From contig OY762463.1 in NCBI GenBank assembly GCA_963665815.1, positions 1,536,001-1,600,000 on the forward strand: a DNA stretch of 64,000 nt, given 5' to 3'. Both the position numbers and the translations under genes were made by a program. Below the pieces are notes generated by a model. That model was not told the DNA's origin, searched no databases, and saw nothing but the letters and a program-made list of their open reading frames with translations. This document shows positions 10,366 to 20,649 of this stretch, one piece after another (positions within the stretch are counted from its first letter, which is position 1; every line of letters starts with the position of its first letter). This DNA is from Candidatus Cloacimonadales bacterium (GTDB lineage Bacteria > Cloacimonadota > Cloacimonadia > Cloacimonadales > JAIOQZ01).

Positions 10366-11241
10366 ATGATAAAAAGAAAACCTGTCTGGCTGAAAACCAG
10401 AAGACTGGGTGATCGTAAAACTAGAGAGATTACTCAGGAATTAAGAAAACTGGGGCTGAAAACAGTCTGCGAAGATGCGTTATGTCCAAACAGAGGTGAA
10501 TGCTTCGGAAAAGGAACAGCTACCTTCATGATTCTGGGTAGTAACTGCACCCGAAACTGTCGATTCTGTTCAGTGGAAAAGAATAAAATTTTTCTTCCGC
10601 CAGACCCGAAAGAACCTGTAAAAATAGCCCTTTTTGCCAATAAACTTAAACTTAAACACGTTGTAATTACCACTGTCACAAGAGACGATCTTCCTGATGG
10701 AGGAGCAGATCAATTTGTGAAAGTGATAAACGAAATTCGCAATAAATGTGGAAATGAGACTACTATCGAAGTTCTTATTTCCGATTTGCAGGGAAATCAG
10801 GAAGCTCTGAAATCAATTCTTGATGCAAGCCCCGATATCCTGAATCACAATGTTGAGACAATACAGAGACTGTACCCTGAGATACGTCCGGAAGCGGATT
10901 ATTTCGGATCCTTGAAACTGTTGAAGTTCTCAGCAGAGTACAGCACTGACTATAAAACTAAAAGCGGTTTTATGGTAGGATTAGGAGAGACTAAAGAAGA
11001 AGTTGTTAGTTTGTTAAAGGATCTTTATGATCACAAGGTAAATGTTGTGACAATTGGTCAGTATATGCAGCCAACCAAAGCCCATATTCCGGTAAAGGAA
11101 TATGTTCATCCCGATACATTCAGGTATTATCATGATGTAGGTATGGAAATGGGATTTCTTGCTGTAGAATCAGGACCCTTAGTCAGAAGCTCTTATTTAG
11201 CGGAAAAAACTATGAAAGAAATCCGCAAAATATCGTTATAA
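10366..11241 (+). CDS. lipA: Lipoyl synthase
   Basis: CEDALCPNRGEC auxiliary cluster; CTRNCRFC radical-SAM motif; RSSY. Confidence 0.97.
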   Translation: MIKRKPVWLKTRRLGDRKTREITQELRKLGLKTVCEDALCPNRGECFGKGTATFMILGSNCTRNCRFCSVEKNKIFLPPDPKEPVKIALFANKLKLKHVVITTVTRDDLPDGGADQFVKVINEIRNKCGNETTIEVLISDLQGNQEALKSILDASPDILNHNVETIQRLYPEIRPEADYFGSLKLLKFSAEYSTDYKTKSGFMVGLGETKEEVVSLLKDLYDHKVNVVTIGQYMQPTKAHIPVKEYVHPDTFRYYHDVGMEMGFLAVESGPLVRSSYLAEKTMKEIRKISL

Positions 11242-11304
11242 TAATGATTCATATTCTTTTCAGTATGATTATGTAACTTATTAAAAGAAAGAAAGGGGAA
11301 AATT

Positions 11305-11838
11305 ATGCAAATTACAATCACTGCTCGACACTTTGATCTTACAAAAGCTATTCGCGATTACGTTGAAAACGCATGCGACAAACTTGATAAGTATTTTGAT
11401 CAAATTATCAACATTCATTTAACTCTGTCTCTCGAAAAAGGGAGAAATCGGGTAGAGATGAGCTTGCACGCTTCACATTATAATCTTCATTGTGAAGCGG
11501 AAGAAAGAGATATGTACCTTGCCGTGGGAATAGCCATTGAAAAAATGGAAATACAGCTAAAAAAACTAAAAGATAAAGTTACAGATCATCAGAAAAAGAG
11601 ATTGAAAGAGGAAGCTCACTTTGTATATGCAAATTTATTCCAGAATCAACCTGATGAAAAACCAAAGAAAATGATTAAAACAAAAAGAATCGTTGCTGAG
11701 GTTATGACAGTTGATGATGCAATGAAAAAATTTACTAATCTGAAAGATCCATATCTTATATTCAAGAATGTAGAATCCGACAGGATTAACGTTCTTGTCA
11801 AGAAAGACGAAGAGCACTTCAAATTGCTTGAACCATAA
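11305..11838 (+). CDS. hpf: Ribosome hibernation factor, long form (HPF/RaiA)
   Basis: MQITITARH, DMYLAV, C-terminal MTVDDAM...INVL domain. Confidence 0.92.
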   Translation: MQITITARHFDLTKAIRDYVENACDKLDKYFDQIINIHLTLSLEKGRNRVEMSLHASHYNLHCEAEERDMYLAVGIAIEKMEIQLKKLKDKVTDHQKKRLKEEAHFVYANLFQNQPDEKPKKMIKTKRIVAEVMTVDDAMKKFTNLKDPYLIFKNVESDRINVLVKKDEEHFKLLEP

Positions 11839-11844
11839 TCATTT

Positions 11845-11872
11845 TGCAGATGGGCCTTCGGGCTCATCTGCA
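11845..11872 (+). other. 12-bp RNA hairpin with a C(UUCG)G tetraloop between hpf and hprK
   Basis: TGCAGATGGGCC-TTCG-GGCTCATCTGCA, with no U tract after it. Confidence 0.75.
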
Positions 11873-11890
11873 TAATCCAAAGGAACCAGA

Positions 11891-12844
11891 ATGAAAAACT
11901 TCACAGTAAAAGAATTCTTCGAAGATAAACGAAAAGATTTTACCCTTTCGGTTATTACATCAAGTTCCACTTTGAACAATAAAATCACCGATCCGCAACT
12001 GAACAGACCCGGTCTGGCACTTTCAGGATATCTCGATAGATTTTCATACAACAGAGTACAGATACTTGGTGAAACAGAAATCACCTATATGCAGTCACTT
12101 CAGGATAAAGAACTGTATAATCGTCTCAAGGAAATGTTTGAATACAGTATCCCATGTATAATTGTCACAAAAGGTCTTTCAGTACCTCATCAGATGGAAT
12201 ATCTGGCCAATGAAATGAATATTGCCATACTAATAAGCAGACTTTCTACAGAAAAGCTGTTCAATGGTCTTAACAGATATTTCAGAGCGTACTTTGCTCC
12301 AAGAAAATCAATTCATGGAACTCTGGTAGACGTTTTTGGTGCCGGAGTCCTGATTACCGGTTCCAGCGGTATTGGTAAAAGTGAGTGCGCACTGGACCTT
12401 GTTGAACGTGGTCACAGACTTATTGTTGATGACCTGGTACAGATCGTTCAGTCAGATGAGATGCTGTTTGGAAGTTCTGCCAAAAAGAATATGGGCTGGT
12501 TTATGGAGATTCGTGGAGTTGGTATTGTTGACATTGAAAGAATGTTTGGTATCCAGGCTGTGCGTAGAGAGAAGAAACTTTCAATTCAGATAGAGCTGAT
12601 GCCCTGGCGAGACAACATGGACTACGAAAGAATTGGTCTGAAGAATAACTATGTCAGCTATCATGGTATAAACATTCCGGTAATTTACCTGCCTGTTTCA
12701 CCTGGTAAGAATGTATCTGTGATTATTGAAGTTGTTGCAATGAATCAGATGCTGAAATCCTTCGGATACGATGCAGCAGAAGCCTACGTAAGAAGGCTTC
12801 AGAATGAAATAAAAAAGAAAACTCTGGATAAAAAGGGACTATAA
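11891..12844 (+). CDS. hprK: HPr(Ser) kinase/phosphorylase
   Basis: NRPGLAL, GSSGIGKSECAL, MEIRGVGI. Confidence 0.97.
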   Translation: MKNFTVKEFFEDKRKDFTLSVITSSSTLNNKITDPQLNRPGLALSGYLDRFSYNRVQILGETEITYMQSLQDKELYNRLKEMFEYSIPCIIVTKGLSVPHQMEYLANEMNIAILISRLSTEKLFNGLNRYFRAYFAPRKSIHGTLVDVFGAGVLITGSSGIGKSECALDLVERGHRLIVDDLVQIVQSDEMLFGSSAKKNMGWFMEIRGVGIVDIERMFGIQAVRREKKLSIQIELMPWRDNMDYERIGLKNNYVSYHGINIPVIYLPVSPGKNVSVIIEVVAMNQMLKSFGYDAAEAYVRRLQNEIKKKTLDKKGL

Positions 12845-12846
12845 AT

Positions 12847-13113
12847 ATGACAGAGAAATTATGCAAAGTTGAAAATGAGTTAGGGCTGCATGCCAGACCT
12901 TGTAGTATATTGGTCCAGATATCCAATAAGTTTCGTTCCGATATTAGAATTATCAGAGATGATTTTGAAGTTAACGGTAAAAGCATTATGGGTGTCATGA
13001 CTCTTGCGGCAGAACAGGGAACTGAATTAATAGTAAGAGCTACCGGAGTTGATGAAGAATATGCAATAAGGGAAATATGTAATCTGTTTGAAACAAAATT
13101 CGGTGAGGATTAA
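12847..13113 (+). CDS. ptsH: Phosphocarrier HPr
   Basis: GLHARP (His15) and NGKSIMGV (Ser46). Confidence 0.96.
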   Translation: MTEKLCKVENELGLHARPCSILVQISNKFRSDIRIIRDDFEVNGKSIMGVMTLAAEQGTELIVRATGVDEEYAIREICNLFETKFGED

Positions 13114-14853
13114 ATGGAAAAAATTAAAGGTACAGTTATTTCTACCGGTATCGGAATTGGACCTTCCTATTATATTGAGTCTCAGAAGTTTGATTTTGAG
13201 TGTAATACTATTGAAAAAGATGACATTGCAAATGAAGAACAGAGATTTTACAAGGGCATTGAAAATGTAACTCAGGATATAGATAATTTGATAGAGAATT
13301 TTGCATTCACAGAAGATGATAAAGAAATTTTATATACACATAAACTGATTCTGGAAGATCCTGAATTGAAATCAGGTGTACAGCAGCTCATTGGTAAAGA
13401 ACTGATATGTCTTGAATACGCTATATTCAAGCACTTTTCAAAAATCATTGGTATCTTTGAAAATATGCAGAATGATTATTACTCTCAACGTGCATATGAC
13501 TATAAAGAAGTTGCTCAGAGACTTTTAAACAACCTGACCGGTAAGGAATCATTCAATCTACAGGATATTAGTCCGGGCAATATTATTATAATAAACGAAA
13601 TTCCTGCATCAATGGTCAGCCTTCTCTCAAAGAAAGGCATTGCAGGCATTGTATCCAATAACACCGGTAAAGCCTGTCATGCAGCAATCATCGCCAGATC
13701 ATTATCTATTCCCGTTTTATCAGGGATCAATCTTTGCGGTAAATTACCAAACGGAACAAAGATAATCCTGGACGCACTGAAAGGCTTTATTGTTGTCAGT
13801 CCTATTCAGGATACACTTGATCATTACAAGAAAATTATAAAAAAAGAGGCTGTTGCCAAAGAACATCTGGAACAGATCAAAAATCTGCCTACCGAGACAA
13901 AGGATGGTGACAGAATATTATTGAAAAGCAATATAGAATATCCTTCTGAAGTTGACTCAGTACTTGAAGTTAATTCTGATGGTATCGGATTATTCAGAAC
14001 GGAATTCATGTATCTTAACAGAAGTGAGTTCCCTGCGGAGAATGAGCAATTTGCCGTGTATAAAAAAATTGCAGAGGACATTTACCCAAATCCGGTTACA
14101 ATAAGAACCATCGATATTGGAGGAGATAAACTTTCCAGTCTTATACATTTCAGAAAAGAAAAAAATCCTAATCTGGGAATGCGTGGAATCAGACTTTCAC
14201 TGCAAAATATCGGAATGTTCAAAGTTCAGATGAGAGCCATTCTCAGAGCTTCCGCTTTTGGGAATATCAAGATTCTTGTACCAATGATTTCAATGGTATC
14301 TGAGCTCAGAGAAATAAAGAAGATTATTAATGAGATAAAATCTGAACTGGATGAGAATAACATTCTTTATGGAGAAAATATTCCCCTTGGCATAATGATT
14401 GAAATTCCTGCTGCGGTCATAATTGCAGACCTTCTGGCAAAGGAATGTGATTTTTTCAGTATAGGTACTAATGACCTGATACAGTATTCTCTCGCTGTTG
14501 ACAGAGAAAGTAAAAACATTGAATCATATTACACGCCTTATCATCCTGCGATTCTCAGACTGATAAATCAAACTGTTGACAGTGCACAAAAAGCCGGAAT
14601 TGATGTATCTGTTTGTGGAGAAATAGCTTCGGAATCCAATTTCATACCATTTTTAGTTGCAACTGGAATTAAAGAGCTGAGTGTGTTACCTAGCCTGCAT
14701 CTTAAAACAAAGGCGTGTATTCGTATGATGTCAAATGAAGATAACGAAAACAGATTAAAAGACCTTTTATTGGAAGACAATACAGAAAACATAGAGAATA
14801 TGCTGCATCTATGGTGTAGAGAAATTATAAAAAATAGCGATCCGGAGGCTTAA
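13114..14853 (+). CDS. ptsI: PEP-protein phosphotransferase (PTS enzyme I)
   Basis: CHAAIIARS, GIGLFRTEF, SIGTNDLIQY, VCGE. Confidence 0.96.
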   Translation: MEKIKGTVISTGIGIGPSYYIESQKFDFECNTIEKDDIANEEQRFYKGIENVTQDIDNLIENFAFTEDDKEILYTHKLILEDPELKSGVQQLIGKELICLEYAIFKHFSKIIGIFENMQNDYYSQRAYDYKEVAQRLLNNLTGKESFNLQDISPGNIIIINEIPASMVSLLSKKGIAGIVSNNTGKACHAAIIARSLSIPVLSGINLCGKLPNGTKIILDALKGFIVVSPIQDTLDHYKKIIKKEAVAKEHLEQIKNLPTETKDGDRILLKSNIEYPSEVDSVLEVNSDGIGLFRTEFMYLNRSEFPAENEQFAVYKKIAEDIYPNPVTIRTIDIGGDKLSSLIHFRKEKNPNLGMRGIRLSLQNIGMFKVQMRAILRASAFGNIKILVPMISMVSELREIKKIINEIKSELDENNILYGENIPLGIMIEIPAAVIIADLLAKECDFFSIGTNDLIQYSLAVDRESKNIESYYTPYHPAILRLINQTVDSAQKAGIDVSVCGEIASESNFIPFLVATGIKELSVLPSLHLKTKACIRMMSNEDNENRLKDLLLEDNTENIENMLHLWCREIIKNSDPEA

Positions 14854-14858
14854 AACAT

Positions 14859-16235
14859 ATGAGTGATAATGCTATAAAATTTGATTATGCAAATCTTCTA
14901 TATTCCAATAAGTTCATCAAAGGGCTTAAAATAGAGGATATAAAAAAATATGGAAATATAATAAACTCTGCACATAATGAAATTCTCCTTGATATCGATA
15001 ATGATATTCTTGGTTTTTATTCACTTCCTGAGCAGAATACGGATCATATTACCGATTATATAAATTCTCTTGGAGACAGGTTTGATACATTTGTTGTTCT
15101 GGGAATTGGCGGTTCTGCTCTTGGAAACACTGCCGTTTATAATGCTCTCAGAACACCGGCAGGATTAAAACGCAAACTGTATGTTGCAGATAATGTAGAC
15201 CCTTATCTGTTAAATGATATTTTGAATAAAATTGATATTAATAAAACCCTGTTTAATGTTATAACCAAATCCGGTTCTACTGCCGAAACCATGGCAGTAT
15301 ACATGATTGTTCTTGATATTCTGAAAAAAACTTTCCCTGACAACTTTAAAGAAAGAATCATCATCACAACAGATGCTGAAAAGGGATTTCTCAGACAGAA
15401 GATTAAAGCCGAAGGATTCAAGGACTTCGTTGTTCCTGATAATGTTGGGGGTAGATTTTCCGTTCTCACAGATGTTGGATTAGTATCAAGTGCATTCACA
15501 GGAATTAACATTGATAATCTTCTTGCAGGCGCAGCTATAATGAAAGAGAAATGCCTTAAAGAAGATATCCTGCAGAATCCGGCTTATCTGAATGGGCTTA
15601 TTCACTACGATCTCATGCAGAAAGGTTATAACATATCAGTAATGATGCCATACTCGAATCCATTGATTGATTTTGCTGACTGGTATCGTCAGTTATGGGC
15701 AGAGAGCCTTGGTAAAAAGTACAATGTATCAGGTCAGGAAATTTGTGTTGGTCAGACTCCGGTCAAAGCATTAGGTACAACGGATCAGCACTCTCAGGTG
15801 CAGTTGTATAAAGAAGGACCTGACGACAAGGTATTCACATTCATGACAGTGGAAAACTATAATATAGATTATAAAATCCCGGATATAATGACAGACAGAC
15901 CTGAAGTGAATTATCTGAACTCCAAAATGCTGAGCAGTCTCCTTAATAATGAAAGACTTGCAACCGAAATAGCATTGACAGATTCAGGCAAACCAAATTG
16001 TAATTTAGTATTTCCTGAAATTAACGAGTTCACAATTGGTCAATTTATATTTATGTATGAGGTCCAAACAGTATTCACGGGTAAACTTTTAAAAGTCAAT
16101 CCATTAGATCAGCCCGGAGTTGAAGCCGGCAAAATTGCAACCTATGCATTAATGGAAAAAAAGGGATTTGAGCAGCAAAAAGCTGAAATAGACAATTATC
16201 TTGAAAATAAATCAGAAAGGAAATATATAATATGA
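14859..16235 (+). CDS. pgi: Glucose-6-phosphate isomerase
   Basis: GIGGSALG, VGGRFSVL, QLWAESLGK, DQPGVEAGK. Confidence 0.95.
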   Translation: MSDNAIKFDYANLLYSNKFIKGLKIEDIKKYGNIINSAHNEILLDIDNDILGFYSLPEQNTDHITDYINSLGDRFDTFVVLGIGGSALGNTAVYNALRTPAGLKRKLYVADNVDPYLLNDILNKIDINKTLFNVITKSGSTAETMAVYMIVLDILKKTFPDNFKERIIITTDAEKGFLRQKIKAEGFKDFVVPDNVGGRFSVLTDVGLVSSAFTGINIDNLLAGAAIMKEKCLKEDILQNPAYLNGLIHYDLMQKGYNISVMMPYSNPLIDFADWYRQLWAESLGKKYNVSGQEICVGQTPVKALGTTDQHSQVQLYKEGPDDKVFTFMTVENYNIDYKIPDIMTDRPEVNYLNSKMLSSLLNNERLATEIALTDSGKPNCNLVFPEINEFTIGQFIFMYEVQTVFTGKLLKVNPLDQPGVEAGKIATYALMEKKGFEQQKAEIDNYLENKSERKYII

Positions 16236-17269
16236 GCAGTATAAACTTCGATTATACATTAGATAAAGATGATATGTATCACAAGATCATTCATCTTCCA
16301 GAGCAAATTCTTAAAGCATATAATGAAGTTACTTTCCATAACAAAGATTGCAAATCTGGTGAAATTAATCGAATTGTAATCTGCGGAATGGGAGGATCAG
16401 CCATATCTGCTGACATTGCAAAAACAGCTTTGATTAACAAAATTCCGGTGGAAGTTGTAAAGGACTACTATCCCGGATACATTGACAGTAAAACATTGTT
16501 TATTGCTATCAGTTATTCTGGTAATACAGAAGAAACCGTATCATGCCTTAAAGAAGCAATGAAAAAGACAGATAATATTGCAGCTATAACTTCAGGTGGT
16601 CTTGTGAAAGACATCGTTTGTGATAAGTATACCTGGATAGAACTTATTCCGGGATACCCACCAAGATCAGCTATCGGTTTTCTGTTCTTCTCTCTTGTGA
16701 GATTACTTGAACATTTTTCAATAATGGATGATCAGGCAGAAACTGTTAAGCTTACAGTGGCAAATCTTATTGCAAAGGCAGGTGCAGTCGCTCAAGTTGT
16801 TGAAGACGAAAGAAATCTTGCAAAAACAAGTGCGGCAAAAATTCATGGTAAAGTTCCATTGGTGTATGCAAGTAATCCTACATATAATGCCCTTGCTTAC
16901 AGATGGAAATGTCAAATAAACGAAAATGCTAAATATCCTGCATTTCACCATAGTTTTTCAGAAATGAATCATAACGAAATAGAAGCCTGGGAAAACCAGA
17001 ATATGAATAAATTGTTCATACCTATTTTTCTCTCAGAATTCAAACTCGAAAAACAATATAAAAACAGAACTCAAGCTGTGAAGAAAATATTCGAAGATAA
17101 TAGTGTAGAATATCTGGAATTCTTTGTTGAAGGATCATCATTTATTGAAAAATTCTTCTCTTTGTGCTATCTTGGAGATATTATCAGCTTCTATCTGGCT
17201 CTCCTGGACAAAGCAGATCCAACTGCAATTGAATTCATTTACAGACTTAAAAAAGAAATTACAGCATAA
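16232..17269 (+). CDS. Bifunctional phosphoglucose/phosphomannose isomerase
   Basis: GMGGSA, SYSGNTEET, RWKCQINENAK, EMNHNEI. Confidence 0.92.
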   Translation: MSSINFDYTLDKDDMYHKIIHLPEQILKAYNEVTFHNKDCKSGEINRIVICGMGGSAISADIAKTALINKIPVEVVKDYYPGYIDSKTLFIAISYSGNTEETVSCLKEAMKKTDNIAAITSGGLVKDIVCDKYTWIELIPGYPPRSAIGFLFFSLVRLLEHFSIMDDQAETVKLTVANLIAKAGAVAQVVEDERNLAKTSAAKIHGKVPLVYASNPTYNALAYRWKCQINENAKYPAFHHSFSEMNHNEIEAWENQNMNKLFIPIFLSEFKLEKQYKNRTQAVKKIFEDNSVEYLEFFVEGSSFIEKFFSLCYLGDIISFYLALLDKADPTAIEFIYRLKKEITA

Positions 17270-17280
17270 TGGAGTAGATT

Positions 17281-18453
17281 ATGATTAAAAACAGACATTT
17301 ATTCACCTCGGAATCTGTTACAGAAGGTCATCCTGACAAACTCGCTGATCAGATTTCTGATGCAATACTTGATGCAATTTTTTCTAAAGACAGCTATGCA
17401 AGAGTTGCCTGCGAAACTTTCGTAACAACTGGTCTCGCAATGGTTGGTGGGGAAATAACAACTTGCTGCTATGTAGATATTCCTGATGTGGTTAGAAATA
17501 CGATCAAAGAAATTGGCTATACAGATGCTGATTATGGAATTGATGCAAAAACATGTGCAGTTATAACAACAATAGACAGACAATCTCCCGACATAGCAAT
17601 GGGGGTAGACAAATCCAGTGATCACGAGCAAGGTGCCGGTGACCAGGGAATGATGTTCGGATATGCAACTAATGAAACAGACGTTCTTATGCCGCTTCCT
17701 GTGCACCTGTCTCACAGACTGGCAGAAAGACTGGCTTTCGTCAGAAAAGGGGATGCAAACAATCTTCCTATGCTCAAATACCTGAGACCGGATGGTAAAA
17801 CACAGGTTACAGTCGAATATGAAAACAAAAAACCTCTCAGAGTTGATACAGTAGTAATATCTACTCAACATGATCCTGATGTAACTTTGGAACAAATTCG
17901 TGAAGATATGATAAATCACGTTATAAAGGAAGTTGTCCCTGCTGAGCTTCTTGATGATAATACAAAATTCTTTGTCAATCCAACAGGAAGATTCGTGCTT
18001 GGAGGTCCTCATGCAGACACCGGATTAACAGGGAGAAAAATCATTGTAGACACTTACGGTGGTATGGGACTTCATGGTGGAGGAGCTTTCTCCGGAAAAG
18101 ATCCATCAAAAGTAGATAGATCCGCTGCATACATGGCGCGTTACATTGCTAAAAATATTGTTGGTGCCGGTGTTGCCGATGAATGTGAAGTTCAGCTTGC
18201 TTATGCAATAGGTGTTGCAAATCCTGTATCAGTTATGGTAAACACATTCGGTTCAGGTACAATTGCGGATGAGAAAATCGTTGAGATTATCCGCAAAGTA
18301 TTTCCATTAACACCTGAAGGTATCATTGAACATCTGAAGTTACGCAGACCTATTTATAAAAAGACTGCTGCTTATGGTCATTTCGGTAGGGAGCTTGAAA
18401 ACTTCACATGGGAAAAACTGGATAAAGTAGATACAATTAAGAAGATGATATAA
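17281..18453 (+). CDS. metK: S-adenosylmethionine synthetase
   Basis: [26 protein letters not shown]. Confidence 0.98.
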   Translation: MIKNRHLFTSESVTEGHPDKLADQISDAILDAIFSKDSYARVACETFVTTGLAMVGGEITTCCYVDIPDVVRNTIKEIGYTDADYGIDAKTCAVITTIDRQSPDIAMGVDKSSDHEQGAGDQGMMFGYATNETDVLMPLPVHLSHRLAERLAFVRKGDANNLPMLKYLRPDGKTQVTVEYENKKPLRVDTVVISTQHDPDVTLEQIREDMINHVIKEVVPAELLDDNTKFFVNPTGRFVLGGPHADTGLTGRKIIVDTYGGMGLHGGGAFSGKDPSKVDRSAAYMARYIAKNIVGAGVADECEVQLAYAIGVANPVSVMVNTFGSGTIADEKIVEIIRKVFPLTPEGIIEHLKLRRPIYKKTAAYGHFGRELENFTWEKLDKVDTIKKMI

Positions 18454-18461
18454 ACTATTTT

Positions 18462-18485
18462 GAGGGAGAGCAATCTCCCTCTTTT
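18462..18485 (+). terminator. Intrinsic terminator after metK
   Basis: GAGGGAGA-GCAA-TCTCCCTC-TTTT (GNRA loop). Confidence 0.8.
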
Positions 18486-18508
18486 AACACAAAAGCAAGC
18501 GGAGCCCT

Positions 18509-19252
18509 ATGCAGTTTTTTGCTTCAACAGATGTTGGCTGTAAAAAGAAAACAAACGAAGACTATATTCTGACATCAGTTAACATTGATGCAGACAGCAA
18601 ACGTGAGAAAGGACAGTTGTTTATACTGTGTGATGGTCTTGGTGGAGCTTCTGAGGGTGATTATGCCAGTAAGTACGTTGCAGAAGAACTGCTTCGCAAG
18701 TACTATGAACAGAAAATCAGAGAACCCTTTAATGAAGCCGTGAGCAACCTGCTTGTAAAGATAAATGAAAACCTCAGAAAACACAGTAAGAGAAGCTATG
18801 GTTTCTACTGTATGGGAACAACTATTGCTTCTGTCGTTGTAAAAGAAAACAGACTATACTATAATTCTGTGGGGGATTCCAGGATTTATATCCTGAGAAA
18901 CGGAAAATTGAAACAGATTAGTGAAGACCACTCTGAAGTATGGAAACTTTACAAACGTAATCTGATTTCCAAAGAGCAGATTAAAGATCATCCATTAAAC
19001 AATATGGTTACCTCAGCACTCGGATTCAGCCAGGAATTCAATATATGCCAAGGTGAACTAAAACTGGAAAACGATGATTTTATTTTACTTTGTAGTGACG
19101 GTCTTACCGATACTATTGACGATATTGACATAGAGAAAAAGCTCAATGAATCATTGGACATTGACGATAAAGTTAACTCTCTTATTGTCTTATCGAAAAA
19201 GCAGGAATGCACAGATAATATATCAGTTATTCTCATTAATCATACAATCTGA
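18509..19252 (+). CDS. PP2C/Stp1-type Ser/Thr protein phosphatase
   Basis: NED, CDGLGG, MGTT, VGDSR, CSDGL, DNIS. Confidence 0.93.
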   Translation: MQFFASTDVGCKKKTNEDYILTSVNIDADSKREKGQLFILCDGLGGASEGDYASKYVAEELLRKYYEQKIREPFNEAVSNLLVKINENLRKHSKRSYGFYCMGTTIASVVVKENRLYYNSVGDSRIYILRNGKLKQISEDHSEVWKLYKRNLISKEQIKDHPLNNMVTSALGFSQEFNICQGELKLENDDFILLCSDGLTDTIDDIDIEKKLNESLDIDDKVNSLIVLSKKQECTDNISVILINHTI

Positions 19253-19344
19253 CAAAGCATGATTTAATTAACAATATTGAAACACAATTTCTCTCAAAAT
19301 TACTTGACACAATAAATCCAACCTTGAAATTATAACAAAGCAGT

Positions 19345-19431
19345 GCCGAAGTGGTGAAATTGGTAAACGCAGTGGATTCAAAATCCACCGTCAGTAATGG
19401 CTTGCCGGTTCGAGTCCGGCCTTCGGTACCA
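19345..19431 (+). tRNA. tRNA-Leu (CAA)
   Basis: GCCGAAG acceptor stem; GTGGA-TTCAAAA-TCCAC anticodon arm; long variable arm; GGTTCGAGTCC T arm; encoded CCA. Confidence 0.97.
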
Positions 19432-19539
19432 TATTTATCAAGGAGTAATATATAAACTTTTGTTATAAAAAAAATACATTTCATAGCTCATAAAGAGTGG
19501 TGTTTATAAACTGTTACAATATCGTGGAGGATAAATAAA

Positions 19540-20646
19540 ATGAGAATAAAAAGAATGATAATTATGTGTATTGCCTTTGCAATATTGCTGCCTGTATCAC
19601 TTTCAGCTATTTCTGAAGCTGCGATGTTATGGATGCTTATTGAACCAAGTGCAAGATCTAACGGTATGGCTAATGCTTATATTGCTCAAGTGGATGACGC
19701 ATTCTCAACCTACTGGTGTACTGCAGCACTTGCATACACTGACAAAACTTCACTTGTATTCCAGCACTCTAACTGGCTGGGTGGAGTGAAAGACATTGAT
19801 GACATTTATCTTGAATACCTTGCAGCATCAACTTATATTCCAGAGATTGGTAATGTTGGTGCTTTCATACACTTTTTAACAACCGGTGAACACATCAGAA
19901 CATCCGAAGACAGCCCTAATGAAGTAAGTAAATTCAAATCCTGGGAAGTTGTATTTGGTGGTTCATGGGCATATCGTGTCAGCAGAGAACTTGCTGCCGG
20001 TGTTAACGTAAAAATACTTTACAGTCACCTTTCTCCAGAAGGAACAGGTGAAACTGAACAGGGTAAAGCAGGAGAAGGATATTCCTGGGCTATTGACCTT
20101 TCTGCAAAATATACACTTCAGAAAAATCAGCAGAATTATGCTCCAGGAACTCTTCCATACTATCTTAACTCATTCAGTTTTGCATGGTCTTTATCCAATA
20201 TGGGACCTGATATTTCCTATATCAATGAAGATCAGGCAGATCCATTGCCAATGAACTGGAGAATGGGAGTTTCTTCCAGAGTACTTCACGACCAGTTTCA
20301 CACATTAGTTATCAACATGGACGTAGACAAACTTCTTGCAACAAGAGATGATACTGTTCTGGAAACTTTCATTAATGCCTGGTCAGATGAGGATCTGCAG
20401 TATGAGCTTGATTCAGCTATTTATCATATTGGTGCTGAATATAAGTATCTTAACATGATCAGCCTCAGAGGTGGTTATATAAGAGATAAAGCAGGTAGCA
20501 TGGAAGGATTATCTTTTGGTGTTGGTTTTGAAGTAAATGCAAAAATTATGGGACCGGATGACAGATTATTTGTTGATTACGGATTACACCATGGTGGTGA
20601 TCTTGTAAACTACAACCATATTCTTTCAATTGGTCTTGATTTCTAA
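19540..20646 (+). CDS. porV: PorV/PorQ-family outer-membrane beta-barrel (T9SS shuttle-like)
   Basis: LLIEPSARSNGMA-like N-terminus, DDAFSTYW, NMGPDISY...ADPLPMNWR, GAEY..LRGGY, terminal Phe. Confidence 0.8.
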   Translation: MRIKRMIIMCIAFAILLPVSLSAISEAAMLWMLIEPSARSNGMANAYIAQVDDAFSTYWCTAALAYTDKTSLVFQHSNWLGGVKDIDDIYLEYLAASTYIPEIGNVGAFIHFLTTGEHIRTSEDSPNEVSKFKSWEVVFGGSWAYRVSRELAAGVNVKILYSHLSPEGTGETEQGKAGEGYSWAIDLSAKYTLQKNQQNYAPGTLPYYLNSFSFAWSLSNMGPDISYINEDQADPLPMNWRMGVSSRVLHDQFHTLVINMDVDKLLATRDDTVLETFINAWSDEDLQYELDSAIYHIGAEYKYLNMISLRGGYIRDKAGSMEGLSFGVGFEVNAKIMGPDDRLFVDYGLHHGGDLVNYNHILSIGLDF

Positions 20647-20649
20647 AAT

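Noticed and set aside
17299-18012. 237-aa antisense ORF inside metK (likewise 35529-36125, 25109-25684, 60331-60798 and other short overlapping ORFs)
   Set aside because: Shadow frames opposite or within well-supported genes, with no motifs or ribosome sites
19236-19484. 82-aa minus-strand ORF
   Set aside because: It is the antisense of tRNA-Leu
19345-19540. tRNA-Leu as an island integration site
   Set aside because: No integrase follows, and I saw no repeat of the tRNA 3' end in the window
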